Assembly: GCA_023230585.1 (NCBI GenBank)
Contig: JALNXB010000001.1
Location: forward strand, 69,847-133,846
Reading direction: 5' to 3'
Origin: a bacterium
Lineage (GTDB): Bacteria; Ratteibacteria; UBA8468; B48-G9; JAFGKM01
DNA: 64,000 nucleotides
The translations under genes were made by a program, and so were the position numbers. Positions 1 to 10,026 of the stretch are shown one piece after another. Numbering within the stretch: position 1 is the first letter of the stretch; each line of letters starts with the position of its first letter. Below the pieces are notes generated by a model, which worked only from the letters and a program-made list of their open reading frames with translations, did not search any database and had not been told where the DNA came from.

Positions 1-8
1 ATTAGACT

Positions 9-80
9 CCCCCTTATATGTCATTCCGGATTTATTCGGAATCTCGTTTTTATTACTTCATAGATAACAAAATGAGGCGT
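9..80. repeat. Partial copy of dispersed modular intergenic repeat (module 'tgtcattccggatttattcggaatc' hairpin + 'gataacaaaatgagg')
   Basis: Same motifs recur at ~10512, 17496, 56581, 43150(rc) in this window. Confidence 0.5.
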
Positions 81-90
81 TCAGGATGGA

Positions 91-1218
91 GTGGTGGGCA
101 AGGATAAAGCCATCAAGGATGAAGGTGTAAGAAAAAAATATTTGACAAGAAAATCAAATAGTTATAACCTTAAGATTGTGAAACAAATCACAATGATAAT
201 GGAAACCTTATATATTACCAAGCAAGACTGGGAAGGTTTTATTAAGGGCAAAACTGTCGATAAAACAATCTTTGCTCCTTTTGATGATAGGGGGTCCTTA
301 TTTTACAAGAGAGTTTTTGCTACTAATTGTCAGGATATTGTTTATAATAGAGCAAGACCTATTGAGCCCTTAAAACTATTTTTGTTACCTTTCAAAGAAA
401 GAGTTTTTCCTTCAATTGACGCCATATCCGAAATTATCGTTATGGGGGCTACCTCATGCGATATAAAGGGGTTACAAATTCTTGATAAAGTTTTTTTAGA
501 AGAAGATTATAAAGACCCTAACTACTCATACCGCCGTGATAATACTCTAATAATAAGTTTTGATTGCCTATCTCCGTACTCGTCCTGTTTTTGTGAACTT
601 GTAGGTGTACATCCCTACCCCGAGAATGGTTTTGATTTAAATCTTTCTCTTTGTCAGGATGGGTTTTTAATAGATGTAACTACAGATAAAGGGGCTGCGT
701 TTATTGGGAATGACCAGAAGTTTTTTCAATCTTCAGGTGAACAGGTAGGAATGAGGAAAGAGCAGAGAAAAAGAGTAACAGAACAACTTAAAGAAAGCAA
801 TAGAAGGTTCGATTTTTCAAAATTAGATAACCTGAAAGGTGCATATCAGAGCGAAATCTGGCAAACTCCTAAAGATGTTGAGAATTGTGTTCAATGCGGT
901 AGTTGTACCAACAATTGTCCAACCTGTGTATCTTTTTTGCTTGAAGATGTAGGTACCTCAGAAAATATAAAAAAAAATAAGGTTTGGGATAGTTGTCTTT
1001 TCCCCGGATACGCTAAAATGGCTGCAGGTGCTTCGCCTCGACCGTCTTTGTATGATAGGTATGCTAATAGATTGTTATGTAAATACTGGTATATGGTTGA
1101 AAATTTTGGGGTTAAGGGGTGCACTGGGTGTGGAAGATGTATATCAGGATGTATAGGGAAGATAGATAAAAGGTCGGTCATAACTGAGGTGTTAAGAAAC
1201 GAAAAGGTAAATATTTGA
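91..1218 (+). CDS. FeS subunit with two CxxCxxCxxxCP-type motifs, HydB/AsrA-like (sulfhydrogenase beta / anaerobic sulfite reductase A family); start codon uncertain (GTG 91 or ATG 196)
   Basis: Motifs CVQCGSCTNNCPTC and GCTGCGRCISGC in translation; positioned immediately upstream of FAD/NAD subunit as in hydBG/asrAB pairs. Confidence 0.5.
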   Translation: MVGKDKAIKDEGVRKKYLTRKSNSYNLKIVKQITMIMETLYITKQDWEGFIKGKTVDKTIFAPFDDRGSLFYKRVFATNCQDIVYNRARPIEPLKLFLLPFKERVFPSIDAISEIIVMGATSCDIKGLQILDKVFLEEDYKDPNYSYRRDNTLIISFDCLSPYSSCFCELVGVHPYPENGFDLNLSLCQDGFLIDVTTDKGAAFIGNDQKFFQSSGEQVGMRKEQRKRVTEQLKESNRRFDFSKLDNLKGAYQSEIWQTPKDVENCVQCGSCTNNCPTCVSFLLEDVGTSENIKKNKVWDSCLFPGYAKMAAGASPRPSLYDRYANRLLCKYWYMVENFGVKGCTGCGRCISGCIGKIDKRSVITEVLRNEKVNI

Positions 1219-2048
1219 TGAAAAAAAATATTTATGCGCCAATAAAATGTAATGTTATTGAAGTAGTGACTGAATCTCCTAACATTGTGACAGTTAAACT
1301 AAAACCCTTAGAAGAGTTTTCTTTTCTTGCAGGACAGTTTGCCTCTTTAACTGTTTTTGGAATTGGTGAAGCACCTTTTACTCCATCATCTTCTCCTTAT
1401 GATAAAGACAAAATAGAGTTTACTGTAATGAAAACAGGAAGAGTGACAGACGCAATACATAATCTGCAAGTAGGAGATATTGTCGGAGTGAGAGGTCCTT
1501 ATGGTAAACCTTACCCATTAGATTTTTACCAAGGTAAAGAGATTCTTCTTGTTGGAGGCGGTGTTGGGTTGGCACCTTTAAGGGCTCTCTTTTTTGCGTT
1601 AATGGAGACGGTTGACAACTATAAGAAGATTATCTTTTGTTGTGGTGCGAAGACTCCAGAGGACTATATTTATAAAGATAAAATTCTGGACGAGTGGCAC
1701 AATTTTTGTGATAGGTTTCCTTTAAGTTTCAGGATAACGGTTGATAGGAAATGCCCTGGTTGGAAGTATGGTGAAGGGGTGGTAACAGAAACTCTTGATG
1801 GGTTGGCTCTTGATATTTCTAACTCTGTTGCGGTTGTTTGTGGACCTCCTATAATGATGAAATTTACTACATTGAAACTTCTTGAGATAGGTTATACAGA
1901 TGCTCAGATATATCTTTCTATGGAAAGGAAGATGTATTGTGGGGTAGGTCAATGTCGACATTGCCTTATTGGTGACCTTTTTGTGTGTAAAGATGGACCG
2001 GTGTTTACTTATGCTCAGTTGAAAGATAAACCTAATATATGGGTCTAA
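1215..2048 (+). CDS. FAD/NAD(P)-binding oxidoreductase subunit with C-terminal 2Fe-2S motif (HydG/AsrB/PyrK-like electron transfer subunit)
   Basis: Gly-rich LLVGGGVGLAPL nucleotide-binding motif; C-terminal CGVGQCRHCLIGDLFVC cluster motif typical of PyrK/HydG family; 4-bp overlap with upstream gene. Confidence 0.65.
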   Translation: MMKKNIYAPIKCNVIEVVTESPNIVTVKLKPLEEFSFLAGQFASLTVFGIGEAPFTPSSSPYDKDKIEFTVMKTGRVTDAIHNLQVGDIVGVRGPYGKPYPLDFYQGKEILLVGGGVGLAPLRALFFALMETVDNYKKIIFCCGAKTPEDYIYKDKILDEWHNFCDRFPLSFRITVDRKCPGWKYGEGVVTETLDGLALDISNSVAVVCGPPIMMKFTTLKLLEIGYTDAQIYLSMERKMYCGVGQCRHCLIGDLFVCKDGPVFTYAQLKDKPNIWV

Positions 2049-2542
2049 AAAGAATGAAAAAACTTTATATAGATTATGATATATTGTTGCAAACAGAAGA
2101 GGTTTTCCAATGTAGTTATAAGTTACACCCTTATAACGATGGAATAACTACTTTAAGAGAAGAGATTGCTTTTATGTTTGCGTGCCGTAGATGTGAAGAT
2201 TATCCTTGTGTTAACTCTTGCCCTAACGGTGCCTTAAAAAGAGAGGCAGGACTAATTAAACGTTCAAATTTAGTATGTATAGCTTGTAAGACCTGTTCAA
2301 TTGCTTGTCCTTTTGGGACTATATTGGTAGAATTACTCCCTTACCTTGTGGGTAGATGTGATGAGTGTATTGGGCGCCTTAAAAAAGACGAGGTGCCTTT
2401 ATGTGTTGCCAGATGTGAAAGTGGAGCGATACAGTATCTAAAAGAAGATGATATTACCGACAAAACTAACCTTTATAAGATGGGAGAAAAGATTATTGTA
2501 AGAGTATTTAACTGGCTTAATTTTTATGGAATTAAAAAATGA
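2039..2542 (+). CDS. Cys-rich 4Fe-4S ferredoxin-type (polyferredoxin-like) protein
   Basis: Multiple CxxCxxCxxxCP-like motifs (CRRCEDYPCVNSCP, CIACKTCSIACP, CDECIG...CVARC). Confidence 0.55.
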   Translation: MGLKRMKKLYIDYDILLQTEEVFQCSYKLHPYNDGITTLREEIAFMFACRRCEDYPCVNSCPNGALKREAGLIKRSNLVCIACKTCSIACPFGTILVELLPYLVGRCDECIGRLKKDEVPLCVARCESGAIQYLKEDDITDKTNLYKMGEKIIVRVFNWLNFYGIKK

Positions 2543-3468
2543 GTATAGGTAACTATCTAATATTTATCATTAGAAGTTTCTTTCTTTTAAACGTATTAGG
2601 TCTGGTGGCTATGTGGATAGATAGAAAATTGACAGCGCGCCTACAATTTCGTGTGGGACCGCCGTGGTATCAGAATTTTGTAGATTTTTTTAAACTGGTA
2701 GGTAAGGAAGTACTAATTCCAGAGAAATCTAACGTTTTTATGTTTGTTTTTGCTCCACTGCTTGCTCTTCTCTCGGCATCAATGGCTGGAACGATAATGT
2801 TGTTTGCTATGAAGTTAGGCCTATCTTTTGCTGGGGATATAATTCTTATTGTATACCTGTTGACCATTCCTTCTTTCGCTATAATATTGGGCGGTAGCGC
2901 TTCTGGGAATGTTCTTGCAGCTGTTGGTATTAGTAGAGAAATAAAACTTCTTTTGGGGTATGAGTTACCTTTTGTTTGCGCTATTATTATCCCTGCCTTA
3001 AAGAGCGGCTCAACAACCTCTTTTTTTACAATTATCCAACACCAACAGACAAACGGTATGTTTATAGGTTCTATCTCTGGTATTATAGGGTTTGTTATAG
3101 GGTTACTTTCTTTACAAGGTAAACTTGGGCTTGTGCCGTTCGACCTTGCAGAAGCTGAAGGTGAACTTGCAGCTGGTGCTTTTATGGAATATTCTGGGAT
3201 TCTGTACGGTTTTTTTAAATTAACAAAAGCAGTTCTGTTTATATCAGGACCATTGTTTCTTGTATCTCTATATTTTGGAGGGGTATCTACCTCCTCGGTG
3301 GGTGGCACAATAACTGGTATTTTAAAGTACCTTTTAGTATTAGTTTTAATAACCCTTATTAGAAACACTAACCCAAGGTTAAGGATAGACCAAGCTTTAA
3401 AATTGTTTTGGGGTTGGCTAACTCTTTTAGGGTTGGTAGGTATACTTTTAGCATTTATGGGGAGATAA
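2539..3468 (+). CDS. Membrane subunit, NuoH/HyfC/MbhM-like, of group 4 hydrogenase
   Basis: Polytopic membrane protein ~309 aa, position in Nuo-like module before small subunit; overlapping start with upstream gene. Confidence 0.6.
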   Translation: MSIGNYLIFIIRSFFLLNVLGLVAMWIDRKLTARLQFRVGPPWYQNFVDFFKLVGKEVLIPEKSNVFMFVFAPLLALLSASMAGTIMLFAMKLGLSFAGDIILIVYLLTIPSFAIILGGSASGNVLAAVGISREIKLLLGYELPFVCAIIIPALKSGSTTSFFTIIQHQQTNGMFIGSISGIIGFVIGLLSLQGKLGLVPFDLAEAEGELAAGAFMEYSGILYGFFKLTKAVLFISGPLFLVSLYFGGVSTSSVGGTITGILKYLLVLVLITLIRNTNPRLRIDQALKLFWGWLTLLGLVGILLAFMGR

Positions 3469-3884
3469 TGAACTTAAAGTTAAAAGCATTAAAAAAATCT
3501 TTGTGGGTCTACCATTTATCGGGAGGTTCTTGTAATAACTGTGATATAGAGATACTTGATTGTCTTACACCAAGGTTTGATATTGAACGTTTTGGTATGG
3601 TGCTTGTTGGTAGCCCAAGACACGCTGATGCTCTTTTATGTACAGGTATTGTAAATAAAAAATGTGTAGAAAGGATAAAAGAGGTATACCATCAGACAGC
3701 TAAACCGTGTGTTGTTGTAGCGATAGGCGCCTGTGCTTGTTCAGGCGGAATTTTTAGGGACGGGTACCAGATGGGAGGACCGTTAAATCAAATTATACCG
3801 GTAGATATTTATATACCTGGCTGTCCACCTAAACCTGAAGCAATGATTGCTGGTATAGTTAAACTTCTGGAGAAACTCAAATGA
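3468..3884 (+). CDS. [NiFe]-hydrogenase small subunit, NuoB/MbhJ-like (start chosen at taATG overlap with upstream stop; ORF track starts at 3408)
   Basis: GGSCNNCDIE, GACACSGG and GCPPKPE motifs (NuoB/20 kDa family Fe-S ligands). Confidence 0.7.
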   Translation: MNLKLKALKKSLWVYHLSGGSCNNCDIEILDCLTPRFDIERFGMVLVGSPRHADALLCTGIVNKKCVERIKEVYHQTAKPCVVVAIGACACSGGIFRDGYQMGGPLNQIIPVDIYIPGCPPKPEAMIAGIVKLLEKLK

Positions 3885-4327
3885 AGTTATTGAAAACCTT
3901 AAAAGCAACACTTAAAAATTATATAAAAGATGTAAAAGTTCATAATGAACGAAGAATATATATAACAATTGATAGTAAATTTCTTAAAGAGTGCGTTAAT
4001 ATTCTTTTTCGCCAACTTAATGGAAGGTATATTATTATTTCCGGAGTTGACAATTTTGATTCTTTTGAATTGATATACCATTTTGGGTTTGACTTGTTTG
4101 GTGCAATAGTATCGTTACGGGTTTTTCTTGAACGTAACAATCCTGAAGTTGTATCTCTTGTAGACACTATTCCGGGCGTTTTTTATATTGAAAGAGAGAT
4201 TTGGGAACTTTTAGGGATAAATTTTGTAGGTCACCCTAACCTTAAACATTTCTTGTTAAGAGACGATTGGCCTAAAGAAGATTATCCTTTACGTAAAAAC
4301 AGTAACAATATAACTGGTGACAAATAA
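3881..4327 (+). CDS. NuoC/30 kDa-like subunit (MbhK-like)
   Basis: Size and position between small and large hydrogenase subunits; overlapping start/stop. Confidence 0.5.
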   Translation: MKLLKTLKATLKNYIKDVKVHNERRIYITIDSKFLKECVNILFRQLNGRYIIISGVDNFDSFELIYHFGFDLFGAIVSLRVFLERNNPEVVSLVDTIPGVFYIEREIWELLGINFVGHPNLKHFLLRDDWPKEDYPLRKNSNNITGDK

Positions 4328-4330
4328 ATA

Positions 4331-5530
4331 ATGAAAAACAAAAAGAAGAAAGTTGTTGTGCCAATAGGTCCTTACCACCCTCTACTTGAAGAACCAGAGT
4401 TTTTTGCTCTATATTGTGAAGGAGAAAAGGTTGTTGATGTGGAATGGCAAGCAGGTTACAACCATAGAGCAATAGAAAAGTTGTCTGAAGGTAAACATTG
4501 GGACCAGGTAACGTTTCTTGTGGAAAGGATATGTGGGATATGTTCTACCTCGCACCCTTTTGCGTATTGTAACGCTGTGGAAGACCTGTTGGGTATATCT
4601 ATACCAGACAAAGCCAAATATATTAGGTGCGTAATTGGAGAGATGGAGAGAATACATAGCCACCTTTTATGGGTAGGGCTTGCTGGTCATTTTCTTGGGT
4701 ATAACACAATTTTTATGTGGGCGTGGAAATATAGAGAATCTATTCTTGAGATGTTTGAGATAATAACAGGTAATAGAAACCATTATGCTATGTTTAAGAT
4801 AGGTGGTGTTAGACGAAATATTGAAGATGAAGATATCCCTACTTTAAGAAAAGTGTTGACCAACCTTGCCGGGAAACTTAAGATGCTTACTAATGCGGTT
4901 CTTGATGACCCTGTTTTAGGTGTTCGTTTGAAAGGTGTGGGTGTTTTAACAGAAGAGCATATTAAAGATTTTGGTGCGATAGGTCCTGTTGCAAGGGCAA
5001 GCGGTGTTTCAGTAGATGTAAGAAAAGATGACCCGTACTCTGCATACCCTTTTTTAGATTGGAAGGTTATAAAGACACAAAACGGGGATGTTTTTGATAA
5101 AGCTGTAGTAAGATTGCTTGAATGTATGGAGTCGGTACAAATTATTGAGCAAGCATTAAATTTTATTGAAGGCAACGATGGAGAAATACTAAATGAGGTT
5201 AGAGAAATACCTCCAGGCGAGGGGATAGGTCACCACGAAGCTCCTCGTGGCGAGTGTTTCCATTATGTAAAAAGCGATGGAGCCAACAGCCCAGTTAGAC
5301 ATAAAATACGGGCTCCCAGTTCTAACAATATACCTACCTTTAAAGCAAGTTGTATAGGACAAATGATATCAGATGTTGCAATTATCCTTGCCGCTGTTGA
5401 CCCGTGTTACTGTTGCACAGAAAGGGTTGCAGTATACGATATTGAAAAGAAGAATAAGAAGAGGTACGATTTTTCTGATTTGGTTGAACTCTCAAGAAAA
5501 AGAACTGAAGAATTGAGAAGAGAGGTATAA
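4331..5530 (+). CDS. Group 4 [NiFe]-hydrogenase large subunit (NuoD/EchE/MbhL-like)
   Basis: N-terminal RICGICSTSH (RxCGxCxxxH, L1) and C-terminal DPCYCCTER (DPCxxCxxR, L2) Ni-Fe ligand motifs both present. Confidence 0.8.
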   Translation: MKNKKKKVVVPIGPYHPLLEEPEFFALYCEGEKVVDVEWQAGYNHRAIEKLSEGKHWDQVTFLVERICGICSTSHPFAYCNAVEDLLGISIPDKAKYIRCVIGEMERIHSHLLWVGLAGHFLGYNTIFMWAWKYRESILEMFEIITGNRNHYAMFKIGGVRRNIEDEDIPTLRKVLTNLAGKLKMLTNAVLDDPVLGVRLKGVGVLTEEHIKDFGAIGPVARASGVSVDVRKDDPYSAYPFLDWKVIKTQNGDVFDKAVVRLLECMESVQIIEQALNFIEGNDGEILNEVREIPPGEGIGHHEAPRGECFHYVKSDGANSPVRHKIRAPSSNNIPTFKASCIGQMISDVAIILAAVDPCYCCTERVAVYDIEKKNKKRYDFSDLVELSRKRTEELRREV

Positions 5531-5537
5531 AAAAGGA

Positions 5538-6155
5538 ATGAGAAAACCTAAACTAAGGGAACTTAAAGAAGCTATATCAAGTATTTTTTCAAAACCTTTT
5601 ACAACAGAATTCCCTTTTAAAACTCATACTCCAGCAGAAAGGTTTAGAGGAAAACCTGAATATAATCAAGATACCTGTGTAGGTTGTGGGGCTTGTTTTC
5701 AAGTCTGTCCTTCTAACGCTATTGAGATGATAGATACAGTTGTTGAAGGTAAAGGCAAACGTGTACTTGTTCAACATCCTAAGGATTGCCTGTTTTGTGG
5801 AGAATGCGAAAGAAACTGTATCACTGAAACAGGTATACAGCTTACTAAAGTTTTTGATGTATCTTACTTTGACGAGAAAAAAGTTCAAAGTAGTATAGAG
5901 CATAACCTTGTTGTTTGTAAGCATTGTAAAGAGGTTATAGGGGCAGAAAAACATATCCTCTGGACCTTAAGGAAACTTGGTAACCTTGCATATTCTCAAC
6001 CTGTGATGATATCTGGATTGATGTCAGATTTGGAGCTAAAGGTTGAGGTAGAAGAGACCGTGGTAGCCCCTATACAGAGAACAGATATCCTTAAGGTTGT
6101 ATGCCCTAAATGTAGGCGTCTTGCTTTTATAACAGATGAGAAGAGGGAGAGGTAG
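5538..6155 (+). CDS. 2x[4Fe-4S] ferredoxin subunit (NuoI/MbhN-like) with extra C-terminal Cys pairs
   Basis: CVGCGACFQVCP and CLFCGECERNC motifs; further CKHC...CPKC pairs C-terminal. Confidence 0.6.
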   Translation: MRKPKLRELKEAISSIFSKPFTTEFPFKTHTPAERFRGKPEYNQDTCVGCGACFQVCPSNAIEMIDTVVEGKGKRVLVQHPKDCLFCGECERNCITETGIQLTKVFDVSYFDEKKVQSSIEHNLVVCKHCKEVIGAEKHILWTLRKLGNLAYSQPVMISGLMSDLELKVEVEETVVAPIQRTDILKVVCPKCRRLAFITDEKRER

Positions 6156-6161
6156 TCATAA

Positions 6162-7583
6162 ATGTATATTGACCAAAAAATGTTGATGTCAGTTTTGCTG
6201 TTGCCTTTTGCTGGCGCACTTATAGTACTGCTGTTACCAGCAAGGAGATCCATTATAACAGGTTTTTTCGTTCTTTTAACACAATTAGTTTGCTCTTTTC
6301 CTATTATTAACACTATGGTTGGGTGTGGTCCTGTACAAGTACAAGAGCGTTTTAGGGAAAACACAGTTGAGGTGAGTATTCTTAATGTCTTTTTTAGATG
6401 TACTTCATTAAGTTACATCTTTGCTTTGACTTCTATTTTTGTGGGAGTAGTTATATACCTCTTTTCTCTGGGTTATTTTAAGGAAGAGAAGGTTGAAGAA
6501 CAAAAGAAATTTTCTTTCTGGGGGTTGCTCTTTATAGGGAGTATGATGGGGGTGATATTTTCTGATAACCTTATCTCTCTATACCTTTTTTGGGAACTGG
6601 CAGGGTTATGTTCTTGGAAACTTATAGGTTTTTACAGAAAAGACGAGCACCTCTTAAAAGCAGATAAGGCCTTTCTTATTACTAGCGCTGGTGCCGGGTT
6701 GATGATGTTAAGTTTTGCGTGTATATATGCGCAGACGGGAACCTTAAGTTTATCTCAGTTATCTTGTCAGCAAGTATCTCCTTTGGTGTTTACTCTTTTT
6801 TTTATAGGGGTATTAACAAAGTCAGCCAGTTTCCCTTTTCATACGTGGTTACCCGACGCATCTGTTGCCCCTACTCCCGTAACGGCCTTTCTTCATGCTG
6901 CTGTCCTTGTGAAGATAGGTGTCTATGGGCTTTTTAAGATTTTTGTTAGAACACTTTTGGTTTCAGGGTGGACATTATGGGCGGGGTGGCTGGCTCTCTT
7001 TAGTAGTATTGTTGCTGGTATTATTGCTTTAAGAGAAGAAGATATAAAGAAGATACTTGCTTTTTCTACTGTTAGCCAACTTGGTTTAATGATAGCCGGG
7101 CTGATGGTATTTAATATGACGGCAGCTGAGGGTGTGTTAATATTTTATTTTGCTCACGCTCTGGGTAAAGGAGGGCTTTTTCTTTGTGCCGGTGTTATTG
7201 AGAGGGTATTTGGTACAAAAAATATTAAAGAGATGGGTGGTTTAATAAAAGAGATGCCAGCACTAACTTTTGCTTTTTTTATAGGGATGCTCTCTGTAAT
7301 AGGGATACCACCTTTACCGGGTTTTTTTGGTAAATTAGAGATTATAATAGGAATGGTTCAAAGTAAACAGATTATTTATGCTCTCTCTGCTATTCTTTCA
7401 TCGGTTTTAACTCTTTTATATATGTTCAGGTTTTTCTTTTATGTGTTTATGGGGGAAAAAAGAGAGGTTTTGAGAGAAAATAGAGTTGGGTTTAAACCTA
7501 TGCTTACTTCTGTCCTGTTACTTGCAATAGTTTCTCTTGTTTTGGTTATAATTATGACAGGGCACTATTTTAAATTTCTTTAG
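6162..7583 (+). CDS. MrpD/NuoM/N-like antiporter-type membrane subunit (MbhH-like)
   Basis: ~473 aa polytopic protein with HTWLPDA motif characteristic of NuoL/M/N-MrpA/D family. Confidence 0.65.
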   Translation: MYIDQKMLMSVLLLPFAGALIVLLLPARRSIITGFFVLLTQLVCSFPIINTMVGCGPVQVQERFRENTVEVSILNVFFRCTSLSYIFALTSIFVGVVIYLFSLGYFKEEKVEEQKKFSFWGLLFIGSMMGVIFSDNLISLYLFWELAGLCSWKLIGFYRKDEHLLKADKAFLITSAGAGLMMLSFACIYAQTGTLSLSQLSCQQVSPLVFTLFFIGVLTKSASFPFHTWLPDASVAPTPVTAFLHAAVLVKIGVYGLFKIFVRTLLVSGWTLWAGWLALFSSIVAGIIALREEDIKKILAFSTVSQLGLMIAGLMVFNMTAAEGVLIFYFAHALGKGGLFLCAGVIERVFGTKNIKEMGGLIKEMPALTFAFFIGMLSVIGIPPLPGFFGKLEIIIGMVQSKQIIYALSAILSSVLTLLYMFRFFFYVFMGEKREVLRENRVGFKPMLTSVLLLAIVSLVLVIIMTGHYFKFL

Positions 7584-7658
7584 TTTTTATGTAATTATGT
7601 TATATCAAACGGATATGATTAGTTGTAGAGAATTATATATACCAATGGAGGGAAAAAG

Positions 7659-9494
7659 TTGAATCTTAATGTGTGGTTTCTACCTGTAATAATAAGTTTT
7701 GGAATATCTTTACTTCATCTTGTTTCTCCCAGGATGGGCAGAAAGTATAGAAGATGGGTCTCGCTATTTGGAGGGTTCGCTATTCTTGTGAGTTGCTTAT
7801 ACTCTCTTTATATTAACAATGATTATCTTTACTCTTGGCAAAACTTTGGTCTTCTTTTTGGTATACTTATCTCAGCTATCTCTCTTTCAAGTATCTCTTT
7901 TTCTCAGTGGTACAATCCTGACGACGGTTACGCCTATGACTCCCTGCTCTTTCTATTTATTGGTGCAATGAACGGGGTGGTCTTATCTCACTCTTTTATT
8001 GCCCTATTCGTATATTGGGAAATAATGACCATTGCAAGTTTCTTTCTTGTTCTTTTTAATGATACCATCGAAGCAAGGCAGGCATCAGTTAAATACATAA
8101 TTATGACAGGAGCGGGGAGTATGATGCTTCTTTTTGGAATTATTGGTATCTTAGTTGGCACTACCATTATCGGTGACAATATTGTATGGGAACATATCTT
8201 TTTTGCTTCTATACTTATTGGCACAGGCATTAAAGCTGGCATTATTCCTTTACATACTTGGCTTCCTGATGCCCATCCTGCAGCTCCAACACCTGTCTCC
8301 TCTATGTTATCAGGGATAATGATTAAGACAGGTGTTTATGCTTTTATAAAACTATATTTTGGAATATTTAACCCTTCGTGGTCATTATCTTGGGATGTAA
8401 TCCTAACTATAATAGGTGTTTTGACTCTTGTAGGCGGGGTGTTCCTTGCTCTTATCCAGAGTGATATAAAAAGACTTCTTGCTTACCATAGTATCAGCCA
8501 GATAGGGTATATCTTTCTTGGTATATCTTGCGGTACAAGTATAGGTCTTGTTGGTGCTATCTACCACACAATTAACCACGCCATATTCAAAAGTTTACTC
8601 TTTCTTGGCGCAGGAGTCTTGATAAAAACAACAGGTTCTCGATACCTACAAGATTACGGAGGGCTTGCTAAAAAATTACCCTTCACTTTTGCTGTTATGA
8701 CTGTTGCTTCAATGTCTATATCAGGGATACCTCCGTTTAATGGTTTTATTTCAAAATGGATAATCTATCAAGCGCTCCTAACTAAAGGAAACAGTTTGTC
8801 TATTTTTGCTATGGTTGCTGCTCTATTGGGTAGCGTTTTAACACTTGCTTCTTTTATAAAAGTTTTGAACGATTCGTTTATGGGGGTAAGAGAGAAAGAA
8901 CTAAAAGGAGAAAGATTGGAAAGTTCTCCCTTTATGAATATACCTATGTTTATTTTAGCACTGGGCTGTTTTATTTTTGGAGTTTTTCCAGGGTTGGTAT
9001 TAGAGAGAATTGTTTTTCCCTCTATTGGAGAGTATGTGAACCTTAACATTTCGCATATAAAATTGGTTGGTATGTATGGGTGGTTGGTCATAGTTTTATT
9101 TATATTTGTACTTGTGTTTACCAAGTTTTTTAAAAAAGTAAGGATAGTGAAAAACTTTGTAGGTGGAGAACTTTTATCTTCTCAAGATACATCTTTTGAT
9201 GGTACCCATTTTTATGGCACAATAAAAGATATTCCTTTAATTAAGATATTCTATTTGGCAGAAGAGAGGGGTGCCCTTGATATTTACCAGAGAGCTCTAC
9301 AATCTCTTCCCAAAACAGGTAGATTCTTTAAAGTTATAGGGGTTAGAATGGTAGACAACGTGTACCATAGAGGAAACCATATCTTAAACAGGTGGGTATC
9401 TAAACTTAAAGTGATACAGAACGGGCTGCTTGCAAAGTATATTATATGGATTTTTGCAGGGATTATACTATTAATGGAGGTTATAAGAAGATGA
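7659..9494 (+). CDS. MrpA/NuoL-like antiporter subunit
   Basis: 611 aa polytopic protein with LHTWLPDAHPAAPTPVS motif. Confidence 0.65.
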   Translation: MNLNVWFLPVIISFGISLLHLVSPRMGRKYRRWVSLFGGFAILVSCLYSLYINNDYLYSWQNFGLLFGILISAISLSSISFSQWYNPDDGYAYDSLLFLFIGAMNGVVLSHSFIALFVYWEIMTIASFFLVLFNDTIEARQASVKYIIMTGAGSMMLLFGIIGILVGTTIIGDNIVWEHIFFASILIGTGIKAGIIPLHTWLPDAHPAAPTPVSSMLSGIMIKTGVYAFIKLYFGIFNPSWSLSWDVILTIIGVLTLVGGVFLALIQSDIKRLLAYHSISQIGYIFLGISCGTSIGLVGAIYHTINHAIFKSLLFLGAGVLIKTTGSRYLQDYGGLAKKLPFTFAVMTVASMSISGIPPFNGFISKWIIYQALLTKGNSLSIFAMVAALLGSVLTLASFIKVLNDSFMGVREKELKGERLESSPFMNIPMFILALGCFIFGVFPGLVLERIVFPSIGEYVNLNISHIKLVGMYGWLVIVLFIFVLVFTKFFKKVRIVKNFVGGELLSSQDTSFDGTHFYGTIKDIPLIKIFYLAEERGALDIYQRALQSLPKTGRFFKVIGVRMVDNVYHRGNHILNRWVSKLKVIQNGLLAKYIIWIFAGIILLMEVIRR

Positions 9495-10021
9495 TACTAA
9501 ATATACCTCTCTTATCTTCTCTGTTGGTTCTTATGGCTGTTGGTTCTGTTATTGCAATATCAGCAAAAAGTCTTACCTCTTCTGTTGTGGCAATGGGTAC
9601 AGCAGGCCTTATTCTGAGTATCCTCTTTCTTATTCTTGGAGCGCCTGATATTGCTATAGTACAGGTCTTTGTGGAGATTGTAGCGTTAATCGTTCTATTA
9701 TCAATTATTTCACGAGAATCTTCTGCGGATATGTCTTCGTCGGGTATGTACGCAGGGTTTGTGCTACTTATTTTTAGTATATTTCTTTTTACTTTTATGC
9801 TTAACTCTAAACTGTTTTTAAGACCTTTTGGGGAACCGCTTATGACTATGGGCTCGGGGTACCTAAAATCTTCGGTAGAAACATTAAAAGGAGCGGATGT
9901 TGTCAACTCTATAGTACTTGATTTAAGAGGTTATGATACACTTGGTGAAGCTACAATTATTTTTACTGCTATATTGGGGGTATTGGCGATGTTGCGGCTA
10001 AAAGGGAGGATTGATGGATAA
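9446..10021 (+). CDS. MrpA C-terminal-domain-like / MbhD-E-like small membrane subunit
   Basis: Hydrophobic 191 aa; follows MrpA-like gene; ends ...LKGRIDG immediately before repeat insertion. Confidence 0.4.
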   Translation: MDFCRDYTINGGYKKMILNIPLLSSLLVLMAVGSVIAISAKSLTSSVVAMGTAGLILSILFLILGAPDIAIVQVFVEIVALIVLLSIISRESSADMSSSGMYAGFVLLIFSIFLFTFMLNSKLFLRPFGEPLMTMGSGYLKSSVETLKGADVVNSIVLDLRGYDTLGEATIIFTAILGVLAMLRLKGRIDG

Positions 10022-10026
10022 AGGGA
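9999..10026. repeat. 28-bp direct repeat (left copy) 'taaaagggaggattgatggataaaggga'
   Basis: Perfect identity with 10785-10812 by eye. Confidence 0.8.

Noticed and set aside
891-1181. 96-aa minus-strand ORF
   Set aside because: Antisense within the HydB-like gene; no support.
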